NCBI GenBank assembly: GCA_000146045.2
Contig: BK006946.2
Coordinates: forward strand, 512,001-576,000
Length of the DNA stretch: 64,000 nucleotides
Direction of reading: 5' to 3'
Source: TPA_inf: Saccharomyces
Taxonomy: Eukaryota
A program made the translations under genes and the position numbers. Position 1 is the stretch's first letter; each line of letters begins with the position of its first letter. Shown here in pieces: positions 22,944 through 34,124 of the stretch. The notes under the pieces were generated by a model. The model was not told the origin of the DNA. It saw only the letters and a program-made list of their open reading frames with translations, and did not search any database.

Positions 22944-23570
22944 TCATACTTCCAGTTGCATATCGTCAGTAACCTCATCTTTAGACTGTTTGTTCTTCTT
23001 CTTTTGGTTTTTTTTCGCTACTTTCCTTAGCTTTTCTTCTTCAATAAGATTTGATCTATTCGACTCAATATAGTTTACAAAAAAATCACCATTTTTGGTC
23101 TTCTTTGCTTCGTTAAGTGTAGCTTCCACATTATTAAATAGTTCTACCCTTGTCTTGGCCAGTCTGTTTAGTATTTTGTTATCTCGTGCTCCGCATTCCA
23201 TTTTTCTACATTGTCTTAGAGACTTAAATGATACTTCACCGGGATTCATATACCTGTTTTTTCTCAAGTTATGCCATGGTGTTATCAAGATGGTGCATTG
23301 TGGCATTTTGTTTCCTTGAATGGATTCTGATTTACATAGCTGCAGACAGTCACATATCACTTCTTGCGGTATGTCATCGATTGTTTTTTCATTTGGGCGT
23401 AACTTTAAATAAACATGACCACTTGAGTACTTATCCGCGTGAAACCAAACATAGTTTAACTCCCTATAGCTCCATTTGATAAGTAGATCGTTTTCAAACT
23501 TATCTTTGCCCATCACAATTTGGTAAGGTGTTGAATACTCAGTTGGTTTTGATTCATAGAAATACACCAT
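22944..23570 (-). CDS. JLP2: DUF814/NFACT-like small protein, 208 aa
   Basis: The track ORF (216 aa) has a non-ATG start; the first ATG (MVYFYESKPTEY...) gives 208 aa, matching YMR132C. Basic K-rich C-terminus. Confidence 0.65.
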   Translation of the reverse strand: MVYFYESKPTEYSTPYQIVMGKDKFENDLLIKWSYRELNYVWFHADKYSSGHVYLKLRPNEKTIDDIPQEVICDCLQLCKSESIQGNKMPQCTILITPWHNLRKNRYMNPGEVSFKSLRQCRKMECGARDNKILNRLAKTRVELFNNVEATLNEAKKTKNGDFFVNYIESNRSNLIEEEKLRKVAKKNQKKKNKQSKDEVTDDMQLEV

Positions 23571-24206
23571 TGTTATTGAAAAGTTGAATTTCAATTGAGC
23601 CTTATAATTCTATTCGCTTACTTTCTAAATTTTAAGTATAAGGCAGTCCTCTGGTCTACAGAGTTGTTTTGTTTTTTTATCCAAGTTCTTTGTTTCAATC
23701 TTATTGTAGTTTTTTTCCATTAAAATATTAAAGCCTAGGATAATCTATATCCTAAACTAAATATAAATTAAGAGTATAAAAGATGAAAGTAAATAGCATC
23801 TAGCATTCAGAAAAAATAAGAAGTCTCTTTTCAAATGATTGATCGAGCACAACGAATGTTTTCAAACCACTGTTAATTTTTTTATAGATGTAATGACTAC
23901 TTATATGTTCTACGATGTGATTTTGTAGGAATAAAATAAAATTCAGTTTACCGTCTGCATATTCATAAACACTTAAATGACTGTTAAAGTATTCAGTATT
24001 TTAAATAATAATAACATAAATTATTAATACATACTTAAATACGAAGCCCATTTTGGTGGGTTCCTGAAAGAATATCAACTTTTTTTTACTAATAGAGAAT
24101 TTCGTTACAAGGTGGGCGGCTAACTTATAAAAAGCAAAGGAGAAGGTTTTAACATATCGTCAAGTTAAGTTTGAAAGAGAGAACTAAAATAAAAAAAAAG
24201 AGAAAA

Positions 24207-25609
24207 ATGTACGAGTACTGCTCAGTTGTAATAAAGAAATACTCCAAGTATACAATTCCCTCCTTCGCTCCAAATGGTTTTCAATCAATGCTTGAGCCTC
24301 CTCAGATAGACAAGTGGCAACACCTTTCCGCTAACTGCACTCTCCAATTTCGGGTTCTTCTAATGGACTCTAGACAAATTCTGATCAATGTGGTTCTCAA
24401 TAATTCAACACTTCTCGAAAATATTCGCCTGCCGCTGGGGGATAATCAAGATTTAATACAATTTTCATGTAAAAGCCCCATAATCTCTTGTAAATATATC
24501 TCCGAAGAATTCGGACCCAGAATGTTAAGGAGGTTTCAGATGAATTTGCCAAATGACGTTGAGTTCAACAGGACTGTAGTTTCTTTAAAGAACCTTAATT
24601 TTGTTTTAAGGACAGCTAGGACATCAATAGCCCAGAGTACAATAACAAGCCAGGTGCAAGGCAATAATAACGGTACAAAGGTCTGTTTCACAGAAGGTCC
24701 AAAAGTTAGTAGCTACACAAATCCGAACACGCAATTTCAAACTCAAAACATGATTATGGATTTCAGTCAACGTTATCAGGAAGAATCTGAAAGAGAGTCA
24801 AATAATCGTTCAAATATAACTTTACCACACGACAGCATTCAAATAGCTCAACAAATATGGCCAAACACGGATTTAAATGTAGTACAATCTTCACAAGACC
24901 TCAACACTCCAATGGCTACGCAAACTGTTTTGGGTCGTCCTGAGTCGCTAATTGTACAGCCATTGGAGGTTTCTCAATCTCCACCAAACACTACCAACTG
25001 CCTTCCTAATGCAGAAAACAAAAAGAAAAAAGTCGACACCACTTCTGATTTTACTTCAAGAAAGGAGATTGCTCTGTGTAAAACTGGTTTATTAGAAACT
25101 ATTCATATACCAAAGGAAAGGGAAAGTCAGATGCAAAGCGTCACTGGTTTAGATGCAACACCAACGATTATATGGAGCCCCGGGAAAGACAACACGGCGA
25201 AGAAAAATACCAGTAATAAGAAAAATATTGATGATAAACTAACAAACCCCCAAAAATCTGGAAATACACATACCCCTGATAGAAATAAAGAAGTGCTACC
25301 TAACGGCACACTTAATGAAACGAGGAAAGAAGCATCGCCAAGCGAAGGATTAACGATAAGAGTTAAAAACGTTAATCGGAATGCGTCAAGAAAAATATCT
25401 AAGCGGCTAATCAAGGAAAAGTTGAAAGACGAAGAATTCATGAAATGGGTATGTATGCATTTGCAAGAAACTGAGCTGTTTCCCCCTCTTATCCACTCAT
25501 TTTCTCTGACTTGACAAAGAAATACTAACTAACAACTTTTGCCACTACAAATATGAATGAAAAGGTTAATAAGGTTGAAACGGTTCTCAATAAAATGTTC
25601 GAAAAGTGA
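24207..25609 (+). CDS. REC114: Meiotic DSB-formation protein Rec114, spliced: exon1 24207..25448, intron 25449..25564, exon2 25565..25609; 428 aa
   Basis: The protein begins MYEYCSVVIKKYSKY. GTATGT at 25449 follows ...EEFMKW. TACTAAC at 25523-25529 and 3' AG at 25563-64. The 45-nt last exon encodes VNKVETVLNKMFEK*. 414 + 14 = 428 aa equals the YMR133W length. Confidence 0.85.
25449..25564 (+). other. REC114 3'-proximal intron (116 nt)
   Basis: GTATGT ... TACTAAC ... AAAAG| consensus signals; the downstream exon restores the frame and gives the expected total length. Confidence 0.8.
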
Positions 25610-25837
25610 ACCCTTTTTTTGCAATTCCTTTTTACACTAGCCACGAAGTAAAATGGAAAAGTAAACCCGAGTTTCGGCAATATCGCTAAGCAAGAAGAGC
25701 AAGCTCGTTTAAGTAAGCCTTTATGAAAAAAAAACAAAATATAAAGCATTATAAAAATTGAATCACATCGCAAATCTGCAATATACTTGGAAGTGTTTAT
25801 AGCAAAGTGTGGTATAGAAAAAGAACCAAAGGCCGGT

Positions 25838-26551
25838 ATGTCGTTAAAGGATAGGTATCTAAATCTCGAATTAAAATTAATAAATAAACTACAGGAGTTG
25901 CCATATGTTCATCAATTTATCCATGATCGAATAAGTGGTAGGATAACTCTCTTTTTGATAGTGGTTGGTACGCTTGCATTTTTTAACGAACTGTATATAA
26001 CGATCGAAATGAGTCTTCTACAAAAGAACACATCAGAAGAACTAGAGCGTGGAAGAATCGATGAAAGTCTGAAGCTTCATCGGATGTTGGTGAGTGATGA
26101 ATATCACGGTAAAGAATACAAAGACGAGAAAAGCGGTATTGTTATTGAAGAGTTCGAAGATCGCGATAAGTTTTTTGCAAAACCTGTGTTTGTATCAGAA
26201 TTGGATGTCGAATGTAATGTTATTGTAGATGGGAAAGAACTTCTGTCCACCCCATTAAAATTTCATGTTGAATTTTCTCCAGAGGATTATGAAAATGAAA
26301 AAAGACCTGAGTTTGGTACTACCTTGCGTGTATTGAGGCTGAGACTTTACCACTACTTTAAAGATTGCGAAATATATCGCGATATAATTAAGAATGAGGG
26401 CGGTGAAGGGGCAAGAAAGTTTACGATTTCCAACGGTGTCAAAATTTACAATCATAAAGATGAACTACTGCCATTGAATATCGATGATGTTCAATTATGT
26501 TTCCTGAAGATTGATACGGGAAACACGATAAAATGCGAATTCATACTATGA
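25838..26551 (+). CDS. ERG29: Ergosterol-biosynthesis-linked membrane protein, 237 aa
   Basis: The first ATG in the track ORF (MSLKDRYLNLELK...) gives 237 aa. One predicted TM segment (ITLFLIVVGTLAFF). Position matches YMR134W. Confidence 0.65.
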   Translation: MSLKDRYLNLELKLINKLQELPYVHQFIHDRISGRITLFLIVVGTLAFFNELYITIEMSLLQKNTSEELERGRIDESLKLHRMLVSDEYHGKEYKDEKSGIVIEEFEDRDKFFAKPVFVSELDVECNVIVDGKELLSTPLKFHVEFSPEDYENEKRPEFGTTLRVLRLRLYHYFKDCEIYRDIIKNEGGEGARKFTISNGVKIYNHKDELLPLNIDDVQLCFLKIDTGNTIKCEFIL

Positions 26552-26607
26552 AAGCTTCCAAAAAAAAAAAAGAAAAATCAATTGCTAAATGCATACATGC
26601 AGGTAGG

Positions 26608-26662
26608 CACACACACACACACACACACACACTCACTCACACATGCACACGCACACACACAT
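26608..26662. repeat. (CA)n / (TG)n dinucleotide microsatellite (~25 units with a few interruptions)
   Basis: ggcacacacacacacacacacacacactcactcacacatgcacacgcacacacacatatata, read directly from the sequence, 3' of ERG29. It creates the artefactual HTHTHT... ORF 26533..26820. Confidence 0.95.
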
Positions 26663-26688
26663 ATATAAATATATACGTACTATGTATG

Positions 26689-28056
26689 TCAGTTTTCGAC
26701 CCTAGGAACCCCTATTTGGTTGTGATGAAGCTGATTTTCGCACCAACACCACAGTTTCATTATCTGCGTCAATCTTGGTTCATAGGGAAATTCGGAAGAG
26801 TAGTAATTATTGAATTCTAAACCTTTTTCCTTTCCATTTGAAGAGGAAAGCAATTCAGAAGTTTGATTCCAGTAATTTTTATTTTCTAAGTTATGAAAAG
26901 TTGTCGCCGCTGAACCTGTGCCAACATTTCCATCCCTTTGATTTAGCCAAACTGAATTAGCAGCAGCCGTGACCTCGTTGCTTGACATCTTTTCGTTGAT
27001 AGGTTGGTCAGACGAAATGTGAGTTATTTTTGTACCATTTGAACCATTGACGAGATTGTTGTTATACACCGTGAAGTTCTGCGTAATTATTTTCTTGTCG
27101 GAATTTAACAAATCTGGAAATTTGGAATTATTATTGCTGATCTCAAATTGAATCCTTGGATGAATAAACTTCAGCAGCTTCTCATTAACCAGATCTGCTA
27201 TCTTAGATCTTAGAGATATCGAGTACAGATTTTGTAACGATTTGGGCAGCTTAATGCTGCCGCTGTCCGCCGAATCTGACAAGGGGAAAAGCAGCAGAGT
27301 CATTGCTAATTCTAACTCTTGCATCTTTTTGACACTTGACGAAGCCTTTATTGCAAGTTTATTTTGAGAATACTGAATTAGATTGAGTATAAAGTCGTTG
27401 GAATCCTTGGTGATGTTCTCCTGTTGATGGTGACTTCTTATCATCTCGATCAAATTCAGTAACAGCAGTTTGAAGTGTAAATCTCCATCTATGTCAAACT
27501 GCTGCTGCTGCTGCTGCTGCTGCCTGTCAGTTCTACCCGTATAACTTCCCGTAGCATTGAAAGTCTCTTCCAGCACCTCCAGCCCGAAGATAGAGTTTAT
27601 CTCCTCCATCGCCTCATTGATACGCCCCAGCTTAATAAGATGTTTGATATGGAAACGCTCCTTGATCTTGTACAAATCATTGAAAACCGCAATGTCTTTG
27701 TTGTTCCGTATAAATCCCAGCTCCTTGGCCATCCTAATGCTCGAGTCTTCATATGCCATAGAAACAAAGTAGTTCAACAGAAGCCGTGGCAGTGTGGGCT
27801 CTATGGGTGTGGTCTGTATGGTAGCAAATCCCTCGTCCTGCGAGCCGCCACTGCTGTTGGGCTGAATTTTCAGCGGATAATGTATTGTCTTATTTGCATA
27901 TAGCTCGCCCATGGCAGAATACTTGGCCACCTGCTCCTTCCATTCTTCCTTCGTGAAGCACTTCTTTCCATACGTAAAGTCTTTCCCACCATTCTTGCCT
28001 TGGCCGCTGCAAGATCCGCTCTTCGTGGTCTCGTTACTAAGAGTAGATATAGTCAT
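26689..28056 (-). CDS. GID8: GID/CTLH E3 ligase complex subunit with LisH-CTLH-CRA domains and a polyQ tract, 455 aa
   Basis: 455-aa ORF; (CTG)9 on the plus strand at ~27499-27525 encodes Q9 (TDRQQQQQQQQFDIDG). LisH/CTLH-like region (EEWKEQVAKYSAMGELYANKTIHYP..., FIRNNKDIAVFNDLYKIKERFHI). Length equals YMR135C. Confidence 0.8.
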   Translation of the reverse strand: MTISTLSNETTKSGSCSGQGKNGGKDFTYGKKCFTKEEWKEQVAKYSAMGELYANKTIHYPLKIQPNSSGGSQDEGFATIQTTPIEPTLPRLLLNYFVSMAYEDSSIRMAKELGFIRNNKDIAVFNDLYKIKERFHIKHLIKLGRINEAMEEINSIFGLEVLEETFNATGSYTGRTDRQQQQQQQQFDIDGDLHFKLLLLNLIEMIRSHHQQENITKDSNDFILNLIQYSQNKLAIKASSSVKKMQELELAMTLLLFPLSDSADSGSIKLPKSLQNLYSISLRSKIADLVNEKLLKFIHPRIQFEISNNNSKFPDLLNSDKKIITQNFTVYNNNLVNGSNGTKITHISSDQPINEKMSSNEVTAAANSVWLNQRDGNVGTGSAATTFHNLENKNYWNQTSELLSSSNGKEKGLEFNNYYSSEFPYEPRLTQIMKLWCWCENQLHHNQIGVPRVEN

Positions 28057-29198
28057 TTCTATTTGTTACCACACACAAATATATCTTCATCCGGCTGATA
28101 TTTGTCTCTACTGCCCCTTTGCTTGCAATTTAATGACCAAATTACACATGTTAGCTTCAAGAAAAATGATGTACCATCAAAATGTCTCCTGCAACGAACC
28201 GGGGCACCGCGCCGGCAGAGTCAGGAAAGCGAGATCGACACTGATAGTGATAAACAGCAACACAATGGAGCGATTACCATTCACTCGGAACGGATCCGGA
28301 CAACAGTCAAATAAACTCCGGGATCCCAAAAAGGGCCGTACACACAAACCCAAGCCGAGCGAAAAACACAAAAAAAATAAAACAGGGAAAAAAGGAGCGC
28401 AAGAGAAAACGCACAGGAGTAGGAGCAGCAGAAAGGGGAACTAATATGGTTTTTCCGTTTGCTTATTTTTATTTTTTTGTTGAGTCATGGGCACGTCACC
28501 GCACAACAGCCGCCGCAGGCCTGTACCGCTACGCGTCTATCACTGCGAAACATCGCTACTTCTGTCGCCGCGTCGACGCTGGTCCAGACCACAAAAGGAT
28601 GCACGATCAGAAGCACTGTACCCTGCAGAGTTGGAGATAGTGTAACCGTGACTTCATTTTTCAAGCGTGGTTTCACATTCTTTTTGCACCGCCCTTATCT
28701 CAGATATAGTTTCGTTCGGTTGCTTTGCTTTCCCCAACTGAAGGTGCTGGATGGCGGTTTTTCCGGCTGCTGCGATTTTCCCTGCGCGGGGCCCGGCGCG
28801 GAATTGTGCAAAAGCTAAAACTCAACGGTTATTTTGAAATATAAGGTTATAAGCAAATTTCCTAAATTTGCTTAATTGTTAATGCAGTTGTTATTGCATT
28901 AAGACATTCGGCTATCGTTTCCTTTCTTCGTGTCGGCAATCTTGTATAAAAGTTATTTTTTGAGTTTCAGTTTCTTGTATATCTTGGTATATATTGAAGG
29001 AGGATTTTTTCTTTCCTGGTCCTTTTACTTCCTTGCGTCCCCTCATATTTCTTCTATTTCCGTTCACGGCGTTTTTTTATTTTCTCCATCTACTTTTAGT
29101 GATTTCCTTTGCTCTAATATTGTTTTCGTTCATAGTGAATTGTTTGTTTTCACTTTAATAAAGGGCTTTTACGACTTGTCTCAAAAAATTTCATCGAG

Positions 29199-30881
29199 AT
29201 GCAAGCCCCCAATATCTACCCCTTCTCTCAAACACAGCCACAAGCACTGCCCGGGTTCACATACGGTCCTCCACAACTTGTTTTTGACCATTCTGCTCCG
29301 AGAGTAGATCCTTTGCATTCTACTGTAACTATAAATTCTCCATTACCCTTGCAGCATTATAATGGACCGAATGCCCATATAAACAGCGCAAACAACAACT
29401 ACGCATACTACTATCATCATCCCAACAATAATGATAACAACAACCATAGTAACAACACTATAAAAAATAACAACATTAATTCTGTTCTTCCCGCCGTTAA
29501 TATTCAAATATCCAACAACTCACATTATAGAAATACACACCAAATTCCTTCTGCTCCTCAGCGGCTGGTCAGCATCATACCGGATCCCCACATGCCGCCC
29601 AATATTTCTCACTTTCAGCTAAATAATATTCACCCTCAAATGCATGCTCCTGTTGCTACTGATATTCATTTCCAACAAGTACCAGTTTACAATAAAACCA
29701 ATAATGGCATTGGTACTGATAACATTAATAACGATAAACCCGTAAACTCGAATCAGAATGAAGTGCTGGACAATATTGATGAACGTTCCTGTCATGAAAT
29801 TAACAGGGTAGTTTCATTTTCTAAACATTTTGAAAACAACGAACTTACCACTACAGCAAATGATCTAAACATTCAATCTACTATGGATGAATTAGCTAAA
29901 CTGAAATCTTTATCAAATTCTACCCATTTCAGGCAGAGTATTGCTACTCAGAATTTCCATTCTTTACAAAATCATATCACAACCATCGAAAACCGTCTGG
30001 CTTCTTTACTTACTGACAGACAACAAGAGCAGCAACAGTTGAAGCAGCAAGAGTCTGAAAAGGAGAGCTCTTCACCGTTTTCCAATAAGATAAAGTTACC
30101 TTCCTTACAGGAATTAACTGACTCCATCTCCACCCAACATCTTCCAACATTCTATGACAATAAAAGGCATGCTTCGGATACCGATTTAAAGAGTAGCACC
30201 TTACATGGTCCATTATATCACCGTCACGCTTTTCTTTCAACCTCTTCTTCCTCACCCTCCCCCACGGCCGGTTCCGCGCCTCTTCAAAAGTTACAGGTTC
30301 CAAGACAAGACGATCCAAACGATAAGAAAATGAATATTTCATCATCTCCCTTCAATTCAATAACCTACATTCCAAACACTACGTTATCTCCAATGGTGCA
30401 AACGCAGTTAAAGAACTTAACCACTTCTAACCTCAACACGAAAAAGAAGAATAACAGAGGCAGACCAAGAGCTATTCAGAGACAACCCACGCTGACCACT
30501 TCCAGCCATTTCATCAATAATTCCAATCCTGGTGCTGCTGCAGTTTCAACGACAACTCCCGCCGCTAATAGCGATGAAAAGAATCCTAATGCAAAAAAAA
30601 TCATCGAGTTTTGTTTCCATTGCGGGGAGACCGAGACTCCAGAATGGAGAAAGGGACCATATGGCACAAGAACTTTGTGTAATGCCTGTGGGTTATTTTA
30701 TAGGAAAGTCACCAAGAAATTTGGCTCAAAAAGCAGTAATTTGTTGTTAAGATATAGAAGATCTATTGATTTAGCCAACGATCGTAGAATTCCTGATTTT
30801 ATCACTATTCCAAACAGGTTTATTCATGATATGGATAATGATCAAACGTTGGACTCTGAGTATAATACGATATTGCAATAA
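29199..30881 (+). CDS. GAT2: GATA-type zinc-finger transcription factor, 560 aa
   Basis: C-terminal GATA finger CFHCGETETPEWRKGPYGTRTLCNACGLFYRK. N/Q/S-rich low-complexity N-terminus. 560 aa equals YMR136W. Confidence 0.9.
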   Translation: MQAPNIYPFSQTQPQALPGFTYGPPQLVFDHSAPRVDPLHSTVTINSPLPLQHYNGPNAHINSANNNYAYYYHHPNNNDNNNHSNNTIKNNNINSVLPAVNIQISNNSHYRNTHQIPSAPQRLVSIIPDPHMPPNISHFQLNNIHPQMHAPVATDIHFQQVPVYNKTNNGIGTDNINNDKPVNSNQNEVLDNIDERSCHEINRVVSFSKHFENNELTTTANDLNIQSTMDELAKLKSLSNSTHFRQSIATQNFHSLQNHITTIENRLASLLTDRQQEQQQLKQQESEKESSSPFSNKIKLPSLQELTDSISTQHLPTFYDNKRHASDTDLKSSTLHGPLYHRHAFLSTSSSSPSPTAGSAPLQKLQVPRQDDPNDKKMNISSSPFNSITYIPNTTLSPMVQTQLKNLTTSNLNTKKKNNRGRPRAIQRQPTLTTSSHFINNSNPGAAAVSTTTPAANSDEKNPNAKKIIEFCFHCGETETPEWRKGPYGTRTLCNACGLFYRKVTKKFGSKSSNLLLRYRRSIDLANDRRIPDFITIPNRFIHDMDNDQTLDSEYNTILQ

Positions 30882-30977
30882 TATAAAATCATACATTCAT
30901 ATAATATCCATTACGTACGTACATCTTACATAACACATTTTTACCCCCTTTTCTTTTTTTTGTTTTCCTTTTTTGTT

Positions 30978-32963
30978 TTATTTAGCCGCCCGCGTTTTCC
31001 TAACGTTTTCCCAACATTGAAACCAATTCGTCATATACCTCACTTTCCATAAATTGTTTAGATTCACAGTGGGAATGACTTCAGAACACTTCAATTTACA
31101 ACCAAATTTCACTAAATCGTTAAAACTACTGTGTTCAGAATATGGTACGTTAAAAACTTGAAATTTGTTGTACTTTTTGTATTGCCTCAATATACTCGAG
31201 ATTTCAAACCCATTCTCATCATCATTATCTCGATCATTCTTCATTAGTTCTAAGCAATATTCTGTATTGCCACTCATTTCATTCTCATCATCATCGTTTT
31301 TCTTTTGATATTTTAAACCAAAATTGTGACTCCACCCGGTAGGTATAAACCCGACAACATCTTCAATGTCTTTCACATAGTCTGTTTCCAATTCTTTTAA
31401 ACTTTTCAAGTAAGCTTCTATGGTTTCTTGACTTTTCAACACTCTTATAGGTACCAAATGTACGGATGATTCATGTAAATTGCTGGTGAGTAAGCTTTCG
31501 TCCCACATGTCATTTTGATTTTCGTTGTTTTGTAAAACTGTTAGCATCATTGAAAATTTAACGGAATTCGGCATAACAAATAATTTTGTTTTCAAAAATT
31601 CACATATCTTGATGGCTAGCTTCTCTTTTCCAATAGTATATGTTCCCACAAGAAATAGGACCCTGTAACGATGAGTTGTCAATGTTTTCTTTCTCTGAAA
31701 GTGAAAAAGGTTCCTTTGTGAATCTCCAAATGTTTTGTTTTTACCATGTTTTATAAGCCGTAATGTAAAATCAGCCACAGTCTCGCACACAGAATGTTGT
31801 GAAGGAAAGTTGTATCCCATAGTCATATATGTTGTATCTAAATAAACTTGGTCAATAGTTTCATTCGCTGTCTCGGCCAACCACTTCTGAATTGTCTCAA
31901 TCATTTTGGCGTTGCTTCGAAAATCCCCCGTGTGAAGAATTTGTCTTATAGGCTTATCATACGAATTTGCCAGAAACTCCTGGAAAAGCATTATTATTGC
32001 ACCGGGACAATGGTTAGCGTCCAACGTAACTACTGAAATGGTATCTGTTATCCAAAAGCGTTTATTCATGGGTAAAATTTGGATTTCATCCATTGGAATT
32101 TTGAATTTTAAATTTACTAATATTGCAGTGATCTTAGAACAGTAAAGTGTTTTCTTGATCGGATTCTCATCAGGATTGTTCCAAGATTTTTTGAGTCCAA
32201 TATAGTGATCAGAATGAAAATGAGAAAGAAAGTACTGAGAGATAGTCTCGCTGGCCTTATAATTGAAACCATCCACAACTATTTCGTGGCCATTATTGAA
32301 CTTAATTATCTTGAAACTTGGTAAAACAAGTTTTACTCTTGTTGGTTTTTTTGACGTAGCTATATCCCTCTTCGTTTTTGCAGGAGATGATGGATTAGAA
32401 ATAAAGCTCCTGATATTCTTTTTAGGTGTTCCCATATTGCTCGGGTCACTGCCTATGCAAGTATCACAGTGTGTCTCTCTTTCGTACAATTCTAAATGAG
32501 AAAGGTTTTCTAGACAAATAGGACATTGAATAACTTCTGTAGAGACTTTAACATTTACTTGCTCCTCCAATTCCGTTACTATTCGATCTTCGGTCCTATT
32601 TTCTATTGCGCTGACTTCGTTATCATGCAAGCTAACTAGTTCTTCCTCGTCTGTGTCTATGGTGATTTCGACCTTTGCAGTGTCTTCAAGGCAAATGCTA
32701 TTGTGATCGTCATCGTTAATAATTACTGGCTCTGTATTCTTATTGGATGTTGAACAACTGAACCTTGAGAATGAATATGAACTGGAACGGACAGGTAAGT
32801 TCGATGAAGTTGGGATGTTGAATTCTGTCAAAGTTCTCTGCCTTTTAGAGGATGTATGTGTGTTCTTATGAAGAGTTTTCCCCTCACTTGTACTGCTAGC
32901 GGTGCTACTTCGTTTCCGCTTTACTTCAGATCTTCTTATTTGCACTATAGATTTCCTTGACAT
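30978..32963 (-). CDS. PSO2: Interstrand cross-link repair nuclease (SNM1/Pso2, metallo-beta-lactamase / beta-CASP), 661 aa
   Basis: HxHxDH motif (SHFHSDHYIGL), beta-CASP C-terminus, N-terminal zinc-finger-like CPICL...HCDTC. The first ATG (MSRKSIVQIRRSE...) gives 661 aa. Confidence 0.85.
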   Translation of the reverse strand: MSRKSIVQIRRSEVKRKRSSTASSTSEGKTLHKNTHTSSKRQRTLTEFNIPTSSNLPVRSSSYSFSRFSCSTSNKNTEPVIINDDDHNSICLEDTAKVEITIDTDEEELVSLHDNEVSAIENRTEDRIVTELEEQVNVKVSTEVIQCPICLENLSHLELYERETHCDTCIGSDPSNMGTPKKNIRSFISNPSSPAKTKRDIATSKKPTRVKLVLPSFKIIKFNNGHEIVVDGFNYKASETISQYFLSHFHSDHYIGLKKSWNNPDENPIKKTLYCSKITAILVNLKFKIPMDEIQILPMNKRFWITDTISVVTLDANHCPGAIIMLFQEFLANSYDKPIRQILHTGDFRSNAKMIETIQKWLAETANETIDQVYLDTTYMTMGYNFPSQHSVCETVADFTLRLIKHGKNKTFGDSQRNLFHFQRKKTLTTHRYRVLFLVGTYTIGKEKLAIKICEFLKTKLFVMPNSVKFSMMLTVLQNNENQNDMWDESLLTSNLHESSVHLVPIRVLKSQETIEAYLKSLKELETDYVKDIEDVVGFIPTGWSHNFGLKYQKKNDDDENEMSGNTEYCLELMKNDRDNDDENGFEISSILRQYKKYNKFQVFNVPYSEHSSFNDLVKFGCKLKCSEVIPTVNLNNLWKVRYMTNWFQCWENVRKTRAAK

Positions 32964-33139
32964 AATCAACCGACCACCCAAATTAGTCACTAGTGCGTAT
33001 GCTGCTTAACATGAGTTTTGACGCAGGTATTTGATTATGTTTATATTGCTATTTTACTAGTACTTTTTCAGTCCGTTTCCATGACAAAATCTAAAAAGCC
33101 ATCGCACTAATTTATAAAGATAATAAGAGGGAAGCTTAA

Positions 33140-33730
<591 letters not shown>

Positions 33731-34124
33731 TCGTCTAAGATGTGAGCACCATATAAAAACTTTAAATAATGTCAGTATTTATAGCGTGATAGTTCATTAC
33801 CCGCCGACTGTGCGCATTCGTGGCTTCTGCTCACTCCGGATAATAATACTACCAAGGGGTTCTGTAAGGCTTGCGGGTTACAAAGCACGGGTCCATTGAA
33901 GATCTTACACAAGAAGGAGTGGTAGGAAGACCAGCAGATTATTTCCAATCGGTCGTTGCCATTGTCTTATTTCCTTTTCTTTCTGGCGCATTGCATTTTA
34001 ACACCTTTTTTTCCAGAATAGCCAACCACCGACGTCTGATTCACACATTACTGGGCAAGATCTTGACATAGCATTACATTACAACACGGCAACACTAATC
34101 ACGCAACGCTAGAACTCGCGCAGG

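Noticed and set aside
26533-26820. 95-aa ORF containing an HTHTHTHTLTHTCTRTHT repeat
   Set aside because: Pure translation of the (CA)n microsatellite. It overlaps the GID8 3' end and is not a gene.
27911-28444. 177-aa basic ORF overlapping the GID8 start and promoter (YMR135W-A-like)
   Set aside because: It overlaps the GID8 start and 5' region on the opposite strand. K/R-rich low complexity from an A-rich tract. No domain. Probably a dubious ORF.
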